Positions 11,317-23,400 of a stretch of DNA of 64,000 nucleotides are shown piece by piece. Origin of the DNA: Klebsormidium nitens. Taxonomy: Eukaryota > Plantae > Klebsormidiophyceae. Numbering within the stretch: the first letter of the stretch is position 1; each line of letters starts with the position of its first letter. The translations under genes were made by a program, and so were the position numbers. Below the pieces are notes generated by a model. That model was not told the DNA's origin. It saw only the letters and a list, made by a program, of their open reading frames with translations, and did not search any database. The stretch spans positions 96,042 through 160,041 of the forward strand of contig DF237124.1 in assembly GCA_000708835.1 (NCBI GenBank). The letters are read 5' to 3'.

Positions 11317-14300
11317 ATGGCCCGCATGGGCGCCCATGCAGAGGACGAAGTCAGCCACATACCAGCAGAAGCGCTGAGCTACGAAGCTTTCCGGAGAGAG
11401 TATATGCTTGCAAACCAACCAGTGGTGGTTTCTGGCGCAACAAACAATTGGAGGGCGTTTCGAGAATGGAGGACGACGGACGGAAAGCCCAACCTGGCAT
11501 TGCTCCGGGAGAAGTTTGGCAAGTCAGGAGTGCAAGTGAGGGATCCCCCTGAGCTGAAGGCAGCCTATGCTGCAGCTATGGTGTGATGAATGCATCAGAA
11601 CCAGCTCATCCCCTGTTTGCTGCCAGACTTACATTTCGAGATGCAATCCGCTTTTGATATCCATAAGGGAACAGACAGCTTCTTGAGAGGTGGGATTCTT
11701 GCACATCGTGCTGTCTTCAAGCTTGATCACAATGCTGTCTCACTTTGACACCTCCACTCTTCCAGCATTGTAGTTAGTTGTTAGTTAGCCTCTTTTGACG
11801 GCTGCACACAAAGGTGCCACCTGCTCAGAATGATATAGGAAAGAACCGTTCAAAATGCACCACTGACTACCACTTGCGGTAGGCACTGATGATGAAGTGG
11901 CTGGATGATTGGTGGAACGCTGTCCCACATGAACATGCCCACTGATGCTCAGTCTGCCCCCGTACTGCCTCCCTTAATTCCGTCTGCTTGCGCTCCTTTG
12001 TTTCATCTCTCAGAATGTATAAGTCGTCATTCCCCATCTATCGTGCACACACTTTATCCACACCACCAGTCCAAAAACCATTGATCATGTTGGCTCCCTT
12101 CCCACTTCTCATACCACCTCCCTCTTGCTCAGGAAGATGGTATTCGTCAATCCGGACTCCAATCCATGATTGTTCTCTGTACTTTTCAAACAGGTGGCAG
12201 ACTGCAGTCAACATCGGTTTGGCGACCAGGAGCGGTTAACCATGACCGTCAGCGACTTCATAAGCTATTGGGAGCAACACATAGCTGCACGCGACTCCGC
12301 CCCGTGCGCCCTCCCCCCCCAACCACCAAGCGCCAGTGAACCCATTGAAACTTCCGCTAACCAGCCGAAATCCCCTGAGATCCAAAGCTTTCCTCCTCCA
12401 GACACACTTCATTCGCCACAAAACCTTGCACCGCTAAATAACGCAAGCATAGAACCACTTTGCTCTCCTGTATATCCGGGGAAAAGCAGGGATCAGGGCC
12501 CCGCAGGAGGCAGCGTTCAAGGGGAAGAGGCTCGGTTACTGTACCTCAAAGACTGGCATCTCGTGGCAGAGTACCCTGGGTATCGTGCATATGAGACGCC
12601 CGTCTACTTCCAGGTATACTTTTGGGCCCTGGTGGCTGTCGGGCCAACACCTGGCCCATGTGTGTTTGTCTTGGAGGTTGAAACAAAAGTGACGCATCTG
12701 CTGTCCTTAGAGATGACGATTTCACTGCTCAGGTGGTTCACACAGATACGTGTTTCTCTAGGAAGGCTTTTCAGGAGACTTTAGGCGTCCTTTCCTCTTC
12801 TTTCAGCTTGAACAACCGTCTTCTATGCTTATTCGACCTAAAGAAGAGGGTCCCATCGTGCCTTCTTGGAGGCAGAATCGGTCCCTCCTGCTTTCTTTGT
12901 TCGCTGCCTCTGGTTACTGGTTTTTCACCATCTGGCAGGACGATTGGTTGAACGAGTACCTCGATCGCCACCCAATGCAATACGAGGCCCCTTCTGCCTC
13001 CATGGCAGACGGAGCTTTTGGCTCTGGAACGTCGAGAATGCAAACCGAGCAGTGCGGTCCGACAGCAAGTGACGATTCTACCGATGCGCCCCAGCTTCAT
13101 CTAGACTGCACCAAGTCTGCTGAGCTTCCCAGTCCCAATATTCACTCAGCGAGTCTGCAGTCCGATAGCCAATCAGCACAGCGTTTGCCTGCGCCCAACG
13201 AGACTCCTCTATCAGGACACGAACCTAGCTCCACCCACAACCAAACATCCCCTCGACCAACCCACTCGGCGTCACAGTCACACGTTTCGCTTCCCGTAAT
13301 AAACCCACCGCACGAGCCCACAAGCAACAGATTGCCCCCTGCCAATCACCAACCGAGCAACGTTGACTCGGAGCGTATTCACACCGAGTCGGCGGGGCCC
13401 CTTCCCGGGGTGGAGTGTGCCGACTACCGCTTTGTGTACATGGGCCCCGCCGGCAGCTGGACGCCCTGCCACGCGGACGTCCTGCGGTCGTACAGCTGGT
13501 CCGCAAACGTGTGCGGACGCAAGCTCTGGCGCCTGCTGCCGCCGGACCAGGCCTGGATGCTTTTCGACAGGTGGGCACCCTCAAAATGCGAAACTTCCGA
13601 GTGTCCGGAATTGAAAAAAATTCTATCATGTCGGTAATTGTGCAGCCTGGTGTTTCTTTGTAGTCTCCATTATACGGAAGGGATGCGAGATCGTTGTTAG
13701 AGCTGAACGTTGATCGATTGTTATTTTGGCAGAGCGAGCTGGTGTTTCTCTGGAGTCTGATGCACAAAAGGGTGTGTTTTGTTCTTCTGGATCTGCGAAT
13801 GATGTCTAGTTGTATCTGTATCTATGCGAAATGTTGGGAATCCATGGGCGATCGTGAAGGTCACTGGTTTTCCCCAGAAGGACTCTCGAAGGGACCACAC
13901 TGCTATCAAGCGTTCCTGCGATTTCGATCTCGCAACAAAACCATTGCGCTGTGCCGTTCGGCCCTTAAGGTGCTCTGCGAAAGGACGATGTTTTCCGAAT
14001 TTTGCGAATCTTGCAATTGCTCTCCTCCGGATACGGCGAGCCGCTTTCCCGTCCGTTCGTTCCGCTCCAAGTGCCTTCGCAACCCAAGCTACCCCAGCAA
14101 CTGCCGGCCACCCTTCCGCAAACTCTCTCCTTATGTTATCTGCCTCCTTTTCTCGCCCCCATTCACACCGACCGAAAACGCAGGCACGGGCGGTCCTCGG
14201 TGTACGACATTGACGCCCCGATTGACGCCGCCCAGTTCCCGCACTTCGCTCAGACGCGCTGGCTGGAGTGCACACAGGAACCGGGGGAGGCCATCTTCGT

Positions 14301-16332
14301 GCCCAGCGGCTGGTTCCACCAGGCGAGCCAGCGTCCGAACCCTATCCGAATGCGTCAAGTAGCGTCCGAACTGTGTCCGTGGTTGGCATTTTATCTGGAT
14401 TAGCAGCTATTAGTTTGACGAGCTGTCCTTTGTTGGCGCGTTCTGGTATGCTCTCCGAACGTATGCGTTGGCGTCCGAAATTGTCCGGAGCTGTTTTTTT
14501 TGGGTCGAAAACTGCATCTGACAGGCTACGCGTGGTTGCACGCACTCTCTGGCGTTCTTGTTCCTATTTGCAAAAACAGACCCGGGCAGTGCTTCGGTGT
14601 TGTCGGGGAAACTTGGACGGCAAGTTCTACTCTTCAAAGATGGATAAGAGGGGCGCCTAGCGAGACTGCTTTGTTCGAGGAGGCGAGCAGGTTTCATTCT
14701 TTGATAGACAAAGGTCGTCGGGCCCCCACAACACAAGCTCAGTGAGATGCACGCCGTCAAGGTGCTGGGCGCTCGTATGATTACTGGGGGTCCGAAGTCA
14801 ATAATCAGTTTGCCTGTGTGTTTCTGTCGAAACTAACGAGATGTTTACGTGTGCAGGTCACGAATCTCGAAGATACGATCAGCATCAACCACAACTGGCT
14901 GAACGGCTACAATCTCCACTGGGCATGGGCGCTCCTCCAGGTTAGTGATTGAATCGAACGGCCTCTGCGGATTTGACAAAGCTGCCTTTCCGATGCGACA
15001 TATATCCACATTCCAAACCGGAAGACCCGCACTTCAAGCATCGTTGACGCCGGCAAAAGTATTATTCGGGAAAACGGGTTAATGCCCGACGTTGATTTGC
15101 GTGCAAACATACGGAAGTGGTGGTCAGGCTTTATGGGATCTTAAATGTTCGGTTTGCCCCATCCCAGTTTTCGGTGCTTTGAAGAAAGGCAGACCGCCTT
15201 TGTTTCTCCAATCCCGCAGGACGACTACCATGCCACCGTGGCTTCGATCGAGGACTGCCGCGACATGTCGACGCCGGAGGAGTTCGAGGAGCTTTGCCAG
15301 CGCAACCTGCAGCTCAACTCAGGTACGATTCTGGGGTGCACTCAGGAGACAACTGAAAGTTTATGACCTAAGTTGGCATTTTGTTCTCTAACAAAGAAAA
15401 TATGTGTTGTTCAAGCATCCTACTACTAAGAGTCGGTGCCTGGATGAAGTTTGCACGGCACGGCACTGATATACTCCAGGCTGCCTCATCTGGCTCAGCC
15501 TTTGTAAAGTTGTGAAGCGCTCACTGAAGCGAGCAGCAACGTGCGAATCCTGGTCAAGGTGGCTTCCAGTCGAATGTGTCCGTGTTGGTATTGTACGCAT
15601 CACGTTTCTCCGCTCAACAGGTGCTCAAAAAGCTTACGCGAAATAAAAAGCTTACGGTTGATCCAAGGCAGTCACTCCCTGTAGCTTACGCTTTCCGAAG
15701 TCGACGCAGCACTGCTTTTTTCGTTGCATCTTGCCCCCCGTCTCCCGTCCAAAACAGAAAGCGTCAGACAGCGTCAGAGAGCTTCTTTCGGCAAAGAGCA
15801 TCGGCTTCTCTTTCAACATCTTTTCCGACTGTAACCCGCAGGCACGAACTACTCCGACTTCCTCGCGTTCGTGGGCACAATGGCCCTCGACAAGGCCCGC
15901 AAGCTGCGCGCGCGGACGATCGGCGGGCGTGCGGACACAGCCGATTCAACTGTTGCGGACACGGCGGATACCGACATGGCGTCCGACTTGACAGTCAATG
16001 GACGTTCGATTCTGACCGACTCGACGGCCGCGGACGCTGCTGACGTGGCGTCCGACCTCCTCGGCTTAAGCAGCGCCTGCAAAGTGCTGCGGGAAATGGG
16101 CGATCAGCCCTTGTACAAAGCCGAGATAGGAATTGATGGGACGGAATCTATGAAGGACAAGAAGGTGGAATCTGATGACATTTTGGTGCTTTCGCGGGAT
16201 TCAGCCATAGCGTGCGGCCCTTGGGCGATCGCAGAGGCCGTGGAAAGCGTTATGAAGGAGGTTCGAGAACGGACAAAAGTCAAGACGAAGTTGTCATTAC
16301 AAAAGGTCATCTCGTGGAGAGGTAGAGGTTGA
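11317..16332 (+). CDS. JMJD4: JmjC-domain 2-oxoglutarate/Fe(II) oxygenase, JMJD4-like (~695 aa)
   Basis: Exons 11317-11535, 12194-12613, 12939-13570, 14184-14322 (GC donor), 14857-14940, 15220-15322, 15842-16332. Motifs: YMLANQPVV, YLKDWH, DDWLNEY, DYRFVYMGPAGSWTPCHADVLRSYSWSANVCGRKLW, QEPGEAIFVPSGWFHQVTNLEDTISINHNWLN. The HxD...H metal triad is intact. Confidence 0.9.
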
Positions 16333-16483
16333 ATGTGTGGCTCGCGGAATCATTGTTGGCACAACGCGGTCGTATGTATAATCCCAATGTCTCACAGTGA
16401 GTCGGCGATTGGATTTGGATGTGCACACGCTGACGTCACTTCGCACTTGAATCTTACATCCTATACGCATAATGTCGGCCATA

Positions 16484-16558
16484 TGATTCCCAGTGACGGC
16501 CCGTCACTGGGAATCACCCATCACTGGGAGTCGCCCGTCACCCACCAGTGACCGTGAT
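16484..16558. repeat. Perfect 16-bp inverted repeat (1-nt loop) plus 17-nt direct repeats
   Basis: TGATTCCCAGTGACGG (16484-16499), C, CCGTCACTGGGAATCA (16501-16516). The right arm begins a direct series: cccgtcactgggaatca / cccatcactgggagtcg / cccgtcac. Confidence 0.9.
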
Positions 16559-17493
16559 GCTCAGCTAACAAGCCATGCGGCCATGCCTGAATCTTGAAGT
16601 CAACCGTCAAGGCTACGAAGTACGTACATGCGTGCGCACACCTGCTCTAGCTGATGCGTGAGCTTTAAGCCCTTGTTTCCCTATAGTATGTTTGTACTTG
16701 TAGTGCAAATGATGATGCACTGTCACGCGCAAAGCTTGCCGCCGGACCTTTGTGATTGCATCTATATCCAATGCTTGTGTAATCGGCCGATCGCCGCCAT
16801 AATTATTCGATCCAAACACTGCACAGCAACTTGAATGTCATGTGGTGCATGTACTGGACCCAATTTGGTGCAAGCTATAGGCGGCAGATGTGTGCGTGCT
16901 CCTAGCAAGGGGTTGCATGAGAAAAGTTGCGGCCTGGCCGCCCCGAACTTGGAACCGCGTGCATGCATACAATTTCCATGATATTTGAAGATTCTGGATT
17001 GTGCGCCCCTCGGCTCCGTTTATACCAATCACTGGGATCTGCGATCAATGTGAGCCTCTTGTAGAAATCTTCAATTGCCTTAAGGCAGGCGCAAATCATC
17101 CTCAGCTCGATCTCCGATCGACGCACTGGCGGTGACTGTAAATTCCTGGGACTTTTAGCGCGGGAGACGGGCTTATCCTCATGCGTCCGCATTTCACGAT
17201 GTTCATTTTGCTAAAGCTTTCGCATGCGCGCCCACTGTACACTGACACAAGCGGAGGACCGCTATCCAATCTCAGGGCCTGCACGTGGGCGGCCGACCAA
17301 GTTCTACATATGCTGGACAGCTGGTCTTGCTTTACGACCTTGTACTTTCACGAGCCTTCACTGCATTCGTTGATTACTGTATCTACTTACTTGACTTGAG
17401 AACACAGATGCGTCTGTACTGACTCTACTAATGATACATGCATGTACCTTTCTATAACTATATACAAGTGCTAAAGCTCAGTAACCTGCAAAT

Positions 17494-20400
17494 CTAGATC
17501 GAGATGCTACTCAACCGCTCGTACTTCCAGCCGAAGCCCGATTGGCTACCATCGAACGTCAGAGCTACACTGTGGAACCTGCACGTTCAGTAGTAGACTA
17601 AGAGGTTAGATGTACAATAGTGCACTCTCCACTTCAGTCTTTGCAACATGCACCTTTCGTCAAGACCAGGGTCTTCAACCGCAAAGTTGAGAGCGAGGAC
17701 TGTGAATACTAAGAGTCACACTTTCAGACAGCACCGATGCATCCGTGGGAGACTGTGTTGCGGGTGATGTCCAAAAAGGTCGAGAGCCCTGGCTGTCTCA
17801 ACCGTGCCCTACACAAAAGGCCTTCTTCATCCGTGGTTCCCTGAAGCACGCAGAGACTGGGAAACAAACAACGAGCCCCCTTCGCTTACTTTCCCCCTGA
17901 AAGTTCAGCGCCTTTCTGTAAATTCGAGAATCTTCGATGCATTGCTGGACATCGAAACTAAAGAAGCAAGCAGGCATCAGTATAACGAAAGCTACGGACA
18001 ATCCTTCTGTTACTTCGAGATCTTTTGAATGCACTGCTGGACATCGGAGCTAACTAAGCAAAGCAGAGATCAGTATGACGTCAGCGACGGAGGGTCCAAG
18101 TCTGCTCACTTTCGGACGGTGGGCCGGTGCGCGATGGACAGCATCGTAATGCCGGCCTCCTTGAGCCGCCGGTACAGCGTCTCCTCCCCGTCCGCGCTCA
18201 CCGCTGACGTGCATTCGTCGAGCACGGCGAACCTGGCCATGACGTCACCGCGACGTCAGCATCTCCAGAGTGGCATACGGAGACACATGTCATGTCTCGA
18301 AAATCCGGTCGTCAGAAGAGAGTGGTCAAAGGAATCACCGTCATGCAAGGCCAGAATCAAAAGCCCGATGTTTCTGCCGGCCCATCCAACGGTGCGTCAC
18401 CGTTAACCGAAGAGGCTTCGACGCCCACCGATACATAGCACGAGCTTTTCGGTCCATCTACCGTTCGTTAGAGGCACGCGTTTTCTAAGACGCACAGCTT
18501 CGCAGCGCAATGACAAAGGTAACAGGCAGTCCGCTTCGAAAGAGACGCGCACGTACTTGGGGTTGTGGAAGAGGAGCCGCGCCATGGCCACCCGCTGCTT
18601 CTCCCCCCCGGACAGCGTATCGTCCCAGTTCTGCATCTGGTCCAACCCCTCCCCCCGCTGAACCAACCCCCCCAGCTCGACCTTCCCGAACACCTCAAGA
18701 ATCTTCCGGTCTTCCTCCCGTCTTTCGTGCTCCCCCGGAATCAGCGCCCGGGTGCCGTTTCGCACCGCGGCCTCGTGCGCGACTTTCCGGGGGGGGAACG
18801 GGTACAGGATCTGGTCGCGCAGGGTGCCCCGCACGAGGTAGGGCCGCTGCGAGAGGTAGAAGATGTCGCCGCGGGGGGGCCGGACGACGGTGCCGCATGC
18901 GAGGGGCCACAGCTCGGCGAGCACGCGGAAGAGGGAAGACTTGCCGCTGGGGGGGGGTGCGAAAAAAATAAAAGCATCAGCAAGTCGCTTAAAGGTGGCG
19001 CTACGCAGCCCACTTGAAATCTGATCCTCGCCTCTGGTTCAAGGCGACGACAAGATGAGTATCTGGAGCACACGAGGAAAGCCAAAACGGGGCGACAGGG
19101 GCGCTTTTCGCTAGAACAAGCGGAAACAAGCGAATACTTTCCGTATATCCGTGGCAACTGGCCCCGGCCGGGGGGGTGAAAATGGGAGCGGCTAACCGAA
19201 CAGTTGCAAGGATTCGCGCAAGAGACTAGGGACTAATCCATGCCTCGCGAGAAATAATCAGGGAATCGCGCGTGTGCGGAGAGGAACAATCTCAAGTCGC
19301 GGAGAGAGCCGAATGCAATAGCACAAACAACGAGCCCGCTCAACGTCGTTGCACCGGATTCCGCGATTGAAGATCATCGCCCCTATATAGGCAAAGAAAG
19401 GGTGCCAACCTAAAGGCGACACTTTTGTGAAACGGGAACTTGGATGGACAGTGCGAGGGGCTGACCTGCCGTTGGGCCCCATGAGGATGAGCGACTCCCC
19501 TTGGCGCACCTCAAGGCTAAGCTCGCGCACCAGGAGCGTCCCGTCGGGCGAGTGCAGCGTCACCCGCTCGAACCTGAACACGTGGCACCCAAACTTATAA
19601 TGAGACTCACCACACCAGAAGACGGACTCACAATTTCCTCCTGAACAAAATCCCTTTCAGCCGGAGAGCTTCAGAAAGGGGTTTGGCAAAGACAGGGCGT
19701 AGCGAACAAGGTCGGAAGCTCCGTTAGAAGCAGCCCAAGCGGCGGCTTTGAAGATCTCCATCGACAAACTCAACTTCACCTACTCGTTCGAAAGACACCT
19801 TCAAAGAACCCCTGCTTGTGAGAATGTAGGTGTCCAGAATAGCTCAATTGACGAAGCTTCTATCAGCCACGCCCGAACAAGTTTACGTCACATTGGGACA
19901 ACTGGTCACCGCACAAAAAGAAGAGAAAATAAATAGCGTGCCCCTTCTCACTTGATATAGTCGCCGAACAGAAGGCGGGGAGGGGGTGCGGGGCCCCGAT
20001 CGGGGGCGCTGATGCTCGGGCGCTCGGCTTCGGACGTCCCGACAGCTTCGGACGCCCGGTCCGTCAGGTCCAACGACTGCATGAGGCCGGCCCGGCCTTT
20101 GGCGGTGCCCAGCTGGTTTACCTGGATAAACAGCAAGTGACGTCAAGATAAATGACGTCAGAAACGGGTAGGATGCACGGAGGGGCGAGTAAGTTGAAGG
20201 GAGGAAATACGGGCCGGCCTAAGCCTTTGGCTTCTGGAAGCGGCAGCCGTGACGAAACTGCACGCACGGGCATTGGCTTTTCCGGGCATCGAGGGGCCAT
20301 AGGATGGAGAGGCGTGGCAGGCGCGAATAGAATTGCAGGAATGGTGCCTCCTTGCAAGACCACGTTCATCGTTTTGAGGTTGTGAACTCGACGCGAGACT

Positions 20401-23400
20401 GTGAATAGCCAGGTATAGCCGGAAACCAGAAGTGGGTTACTGGGAGACGAAAGGGAGAATGACCAGCACGAGTTATAAGGTGTCATTCAGCCGCAAACAC
20501 AGCAGAAGAACCTGCTTTTGCGGGCTTACCGACTCGAGCAGCTCCGCGACGCGGCTCGTGTTGCCCGCAAGCGTCGTCAGCCGCTTGTAGACGAGCACCA
20601 GCTGCCCGATAGCACCCGACGTGTGCTGTAAGAAAACCCCGGAACCCTTGTGTTCAGAAAACAAGCTCCTCAGGTTGAGCACGAAATCTGCGTCGAGCTT
20701 TCGTGAAAGGTGCTTTCTGCTGCAGTGAAGCGCAGCGGGACTACAGGAGCCCGCACGAATAAAAGCTGGTTTGAGGAGAACCCGCAGAGAGGGATCTGCT
20801 CTCGAGTATTGGACCACCTTTTTTCGGGTGTCGCTATGGCCGTGCAATCAGGAGAGCCGTGAAAATGGTGAAGAAAAGCAGGTAGGTCCCAAGCGCTTCA
20901 AGAGAAACCCTGGATAACGTTATTCACCGTGAGCTTAGAGAAAGCGCAATTGTTATCGATAAAAGACTCTTAGCAACGCAACGGCCTGTATAGAGCTGTC
21001 CCAGGTGTCTCTGCTGTACTGGGTAGACTCTGTTCCGCAAAGGAGAACCGATGAGCTTGCCTCAAGGAATGCGGAGCCACGAGATAAGTAGCACACAGAC
21101 ACCTCATCAAAAGGAGGAAACCTTCGGCCTGCATCGCGGTTGCTACTCACCATCATCAGGCGCATTGACCGGATGTAATCCCCCGTAAGCTTGTCCGGGC
21201 TTAGTGTCTGCGGAGTCAAAAAGGGAAAGGCCGTCACCAGTGCTGCCTGATCAATTTCTAGAATGCCCCGTGCATTGCGGGGGGAAGGTGATAGGGACCC
21301 TGACAACGGAGTGGACCAACGAAAGAGCTGGTCCCCCTGAAGTGACTCAAGAATGTGGAGGCACGACACTGTAAACAAAAGTGAGTGTAATGTGCACTGT
21401 TCGTATGTTCAGCAAAGTCCCAGAGTAAAGTTTCTTGCTTACGCAGGTCGGACTTGGGCAAGGTCTAGAAACCTTTTGTCGGATTGTTGATGAGAACAAA
21501 CGGTAAAGATTGATTCAGGGTTTACAGTATGGCAATGAGAGCCCCCCTTGCTTTTCTTTAGTCACCGCTGACGACAATGCGACTCGGAAGTGCCTCCACG
21601 CAATGTGCCCGTCAAACATCAATCAATCACTCGATTCTCCAAAGAAGAACCAGCTCGAATCAAGCGTCTGAACACTCGCATCATGCAAAGAGCCACTGTT
21701 TTGTGCTGCAGTAAAGGGAGTTTTTTTTTTAAAAGCCCGCTTACCCTGGGCCTGAAGTAGAGCGGCGCGGCGTACACGCACAGCCCGATGATGCTTGCAG
21801 CATACTTGACGAGGTAGCCGTCCGCGACCTGCCGGCAACCGAGGCGTTAGCCGTTGACAGAATCAAGTTCCAGATGCAGCGACTTGGGGTTTCAGAACAG
21901 ACAGTACAGTCGATTCGGATCAACAGCTGCCACTTATTATCCGCTGAGGTACTTGAGGTATTGTGGGGCAAGAATGACAGCTGCCCCAATTTGGGCGACA
22001 ACCAGAGTATCAAGTTACGAACGGCCCCAAGCTGCGCCTTGCAAGCCCGAGAGAAGACGCGGTTTTCGCTACAGTACCGCTTCCCGATCAAAGCGGGCCT
22101 AGCGTCAAGGTCGCTGGCACTTCGCCAAATCTGTTGAGAGAATGAGACGATCAGAGTTCTTTGTGGAAGGGACGGATGAAGCCCAGCGACGCAGTCTGCG
22201 CATTTCCCACCTGCTGCCAGAATCGTTGGAAGGCAGAGAGGCGCGCATGCTTGAGGACCCGGTAAAGATGGTCATTCAAGATCATGCGCTCGGTGTCCCC
22301 CCCTGGTGGGTCGTTGAATGCCACTTCCTCGGCAGTGGCAACCAGCCTGCGAAGGCAAGGTTTGCTACCATAAGGCCCAAAAGTCGACAAGAGTCGTTTG
22401 CTTCCGGATAAGACGGTCACAAACTCAGCAGATTCGTGTTACTTCAGCCTGGAGTCCTTTTCCGTTTGATCTTTCAACCGATCCATCATACGGCTTGCGA
22501 AGGTGAACGCATTCAGTCCCCAGAAGATGCACAGAGCGCATCTTCGAACGGACTCGTCAGGAACGAGAGACTTCAAAGCAATCCACCGCACCCAGTGGCT
22601 TGACTTGCGAAGTAACTGTTGTTCGACCAGAAAAGACAGAGCGCCGAAGCCGAGAGTCAGACTCCACAAATAGGCCCAAGCGATGTGTTCGCGACCGTAC
22701 CTCTGATGCGCGTTTCTGAAGTTCCCTGAAAGCGCCGCTTCCTGGGTGGTCATGAGGGCGAGCGGGGGGCTCAATCTTCGCAGCACGCCGGCGCAAAGAA
22801 GGAAGTAAAGGTACAAAGTCAGCTGGCCCTTGTACCTACAAAAAATAAGGAAGAACAAGGCATTTCCAAGCGATGTCGATTGGGCCATCACTTACGCCAA
22901 ATGGATTTTCTCGACTCTGGCGGCCTTTGTGCACTTCAGATGAGGAAGGACGTGATAAGAGAAAGTACTGAATCAGTCTTTACCTGCAATTGGAAACAAC
23001 GGACAAAACGAAAGTAGATTCTAAGTAGGTTTCTGTTTGCACGAAACGAGAATCTGCAGGGTCAACAAAAGAGCAACAGAAAGGTCAGAAGGCCCAGTTC
23101 AGCCCCTTTAGCAGGCCATTACAACCTTCGTATTGAACCCCGCTCGGATTAAATCGAAGCCATCAGACCGCCGACTGTCCTTTCGAAACAGTCTGCCTTT
23201 GACGTCCGAAGCTCTGCAATCGTGCGACTTCCGTCGACGGAGGTCACAGCATCCTCAAGGGGGGCAGTTGCGCCCCGGAAGCTCACCCAACGGTTTTTGC
23301 AAGCGACCGCGAGAAGAGGACGATGTCGAGGACGGGCTTGAAAGTGTAGCTGAAAAGCTCGCTGATGTTGAATGCGAACTTCTCGACATCTGGACGAAAG

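Noticed and set aside
19461-19472. Apparent GC donor after GPNG in ABCD
   Set aside because: The phase of the next exon requires the canonical GT donor at 19465 (GGC AG|GTCAGC), giving GPNGSGK.
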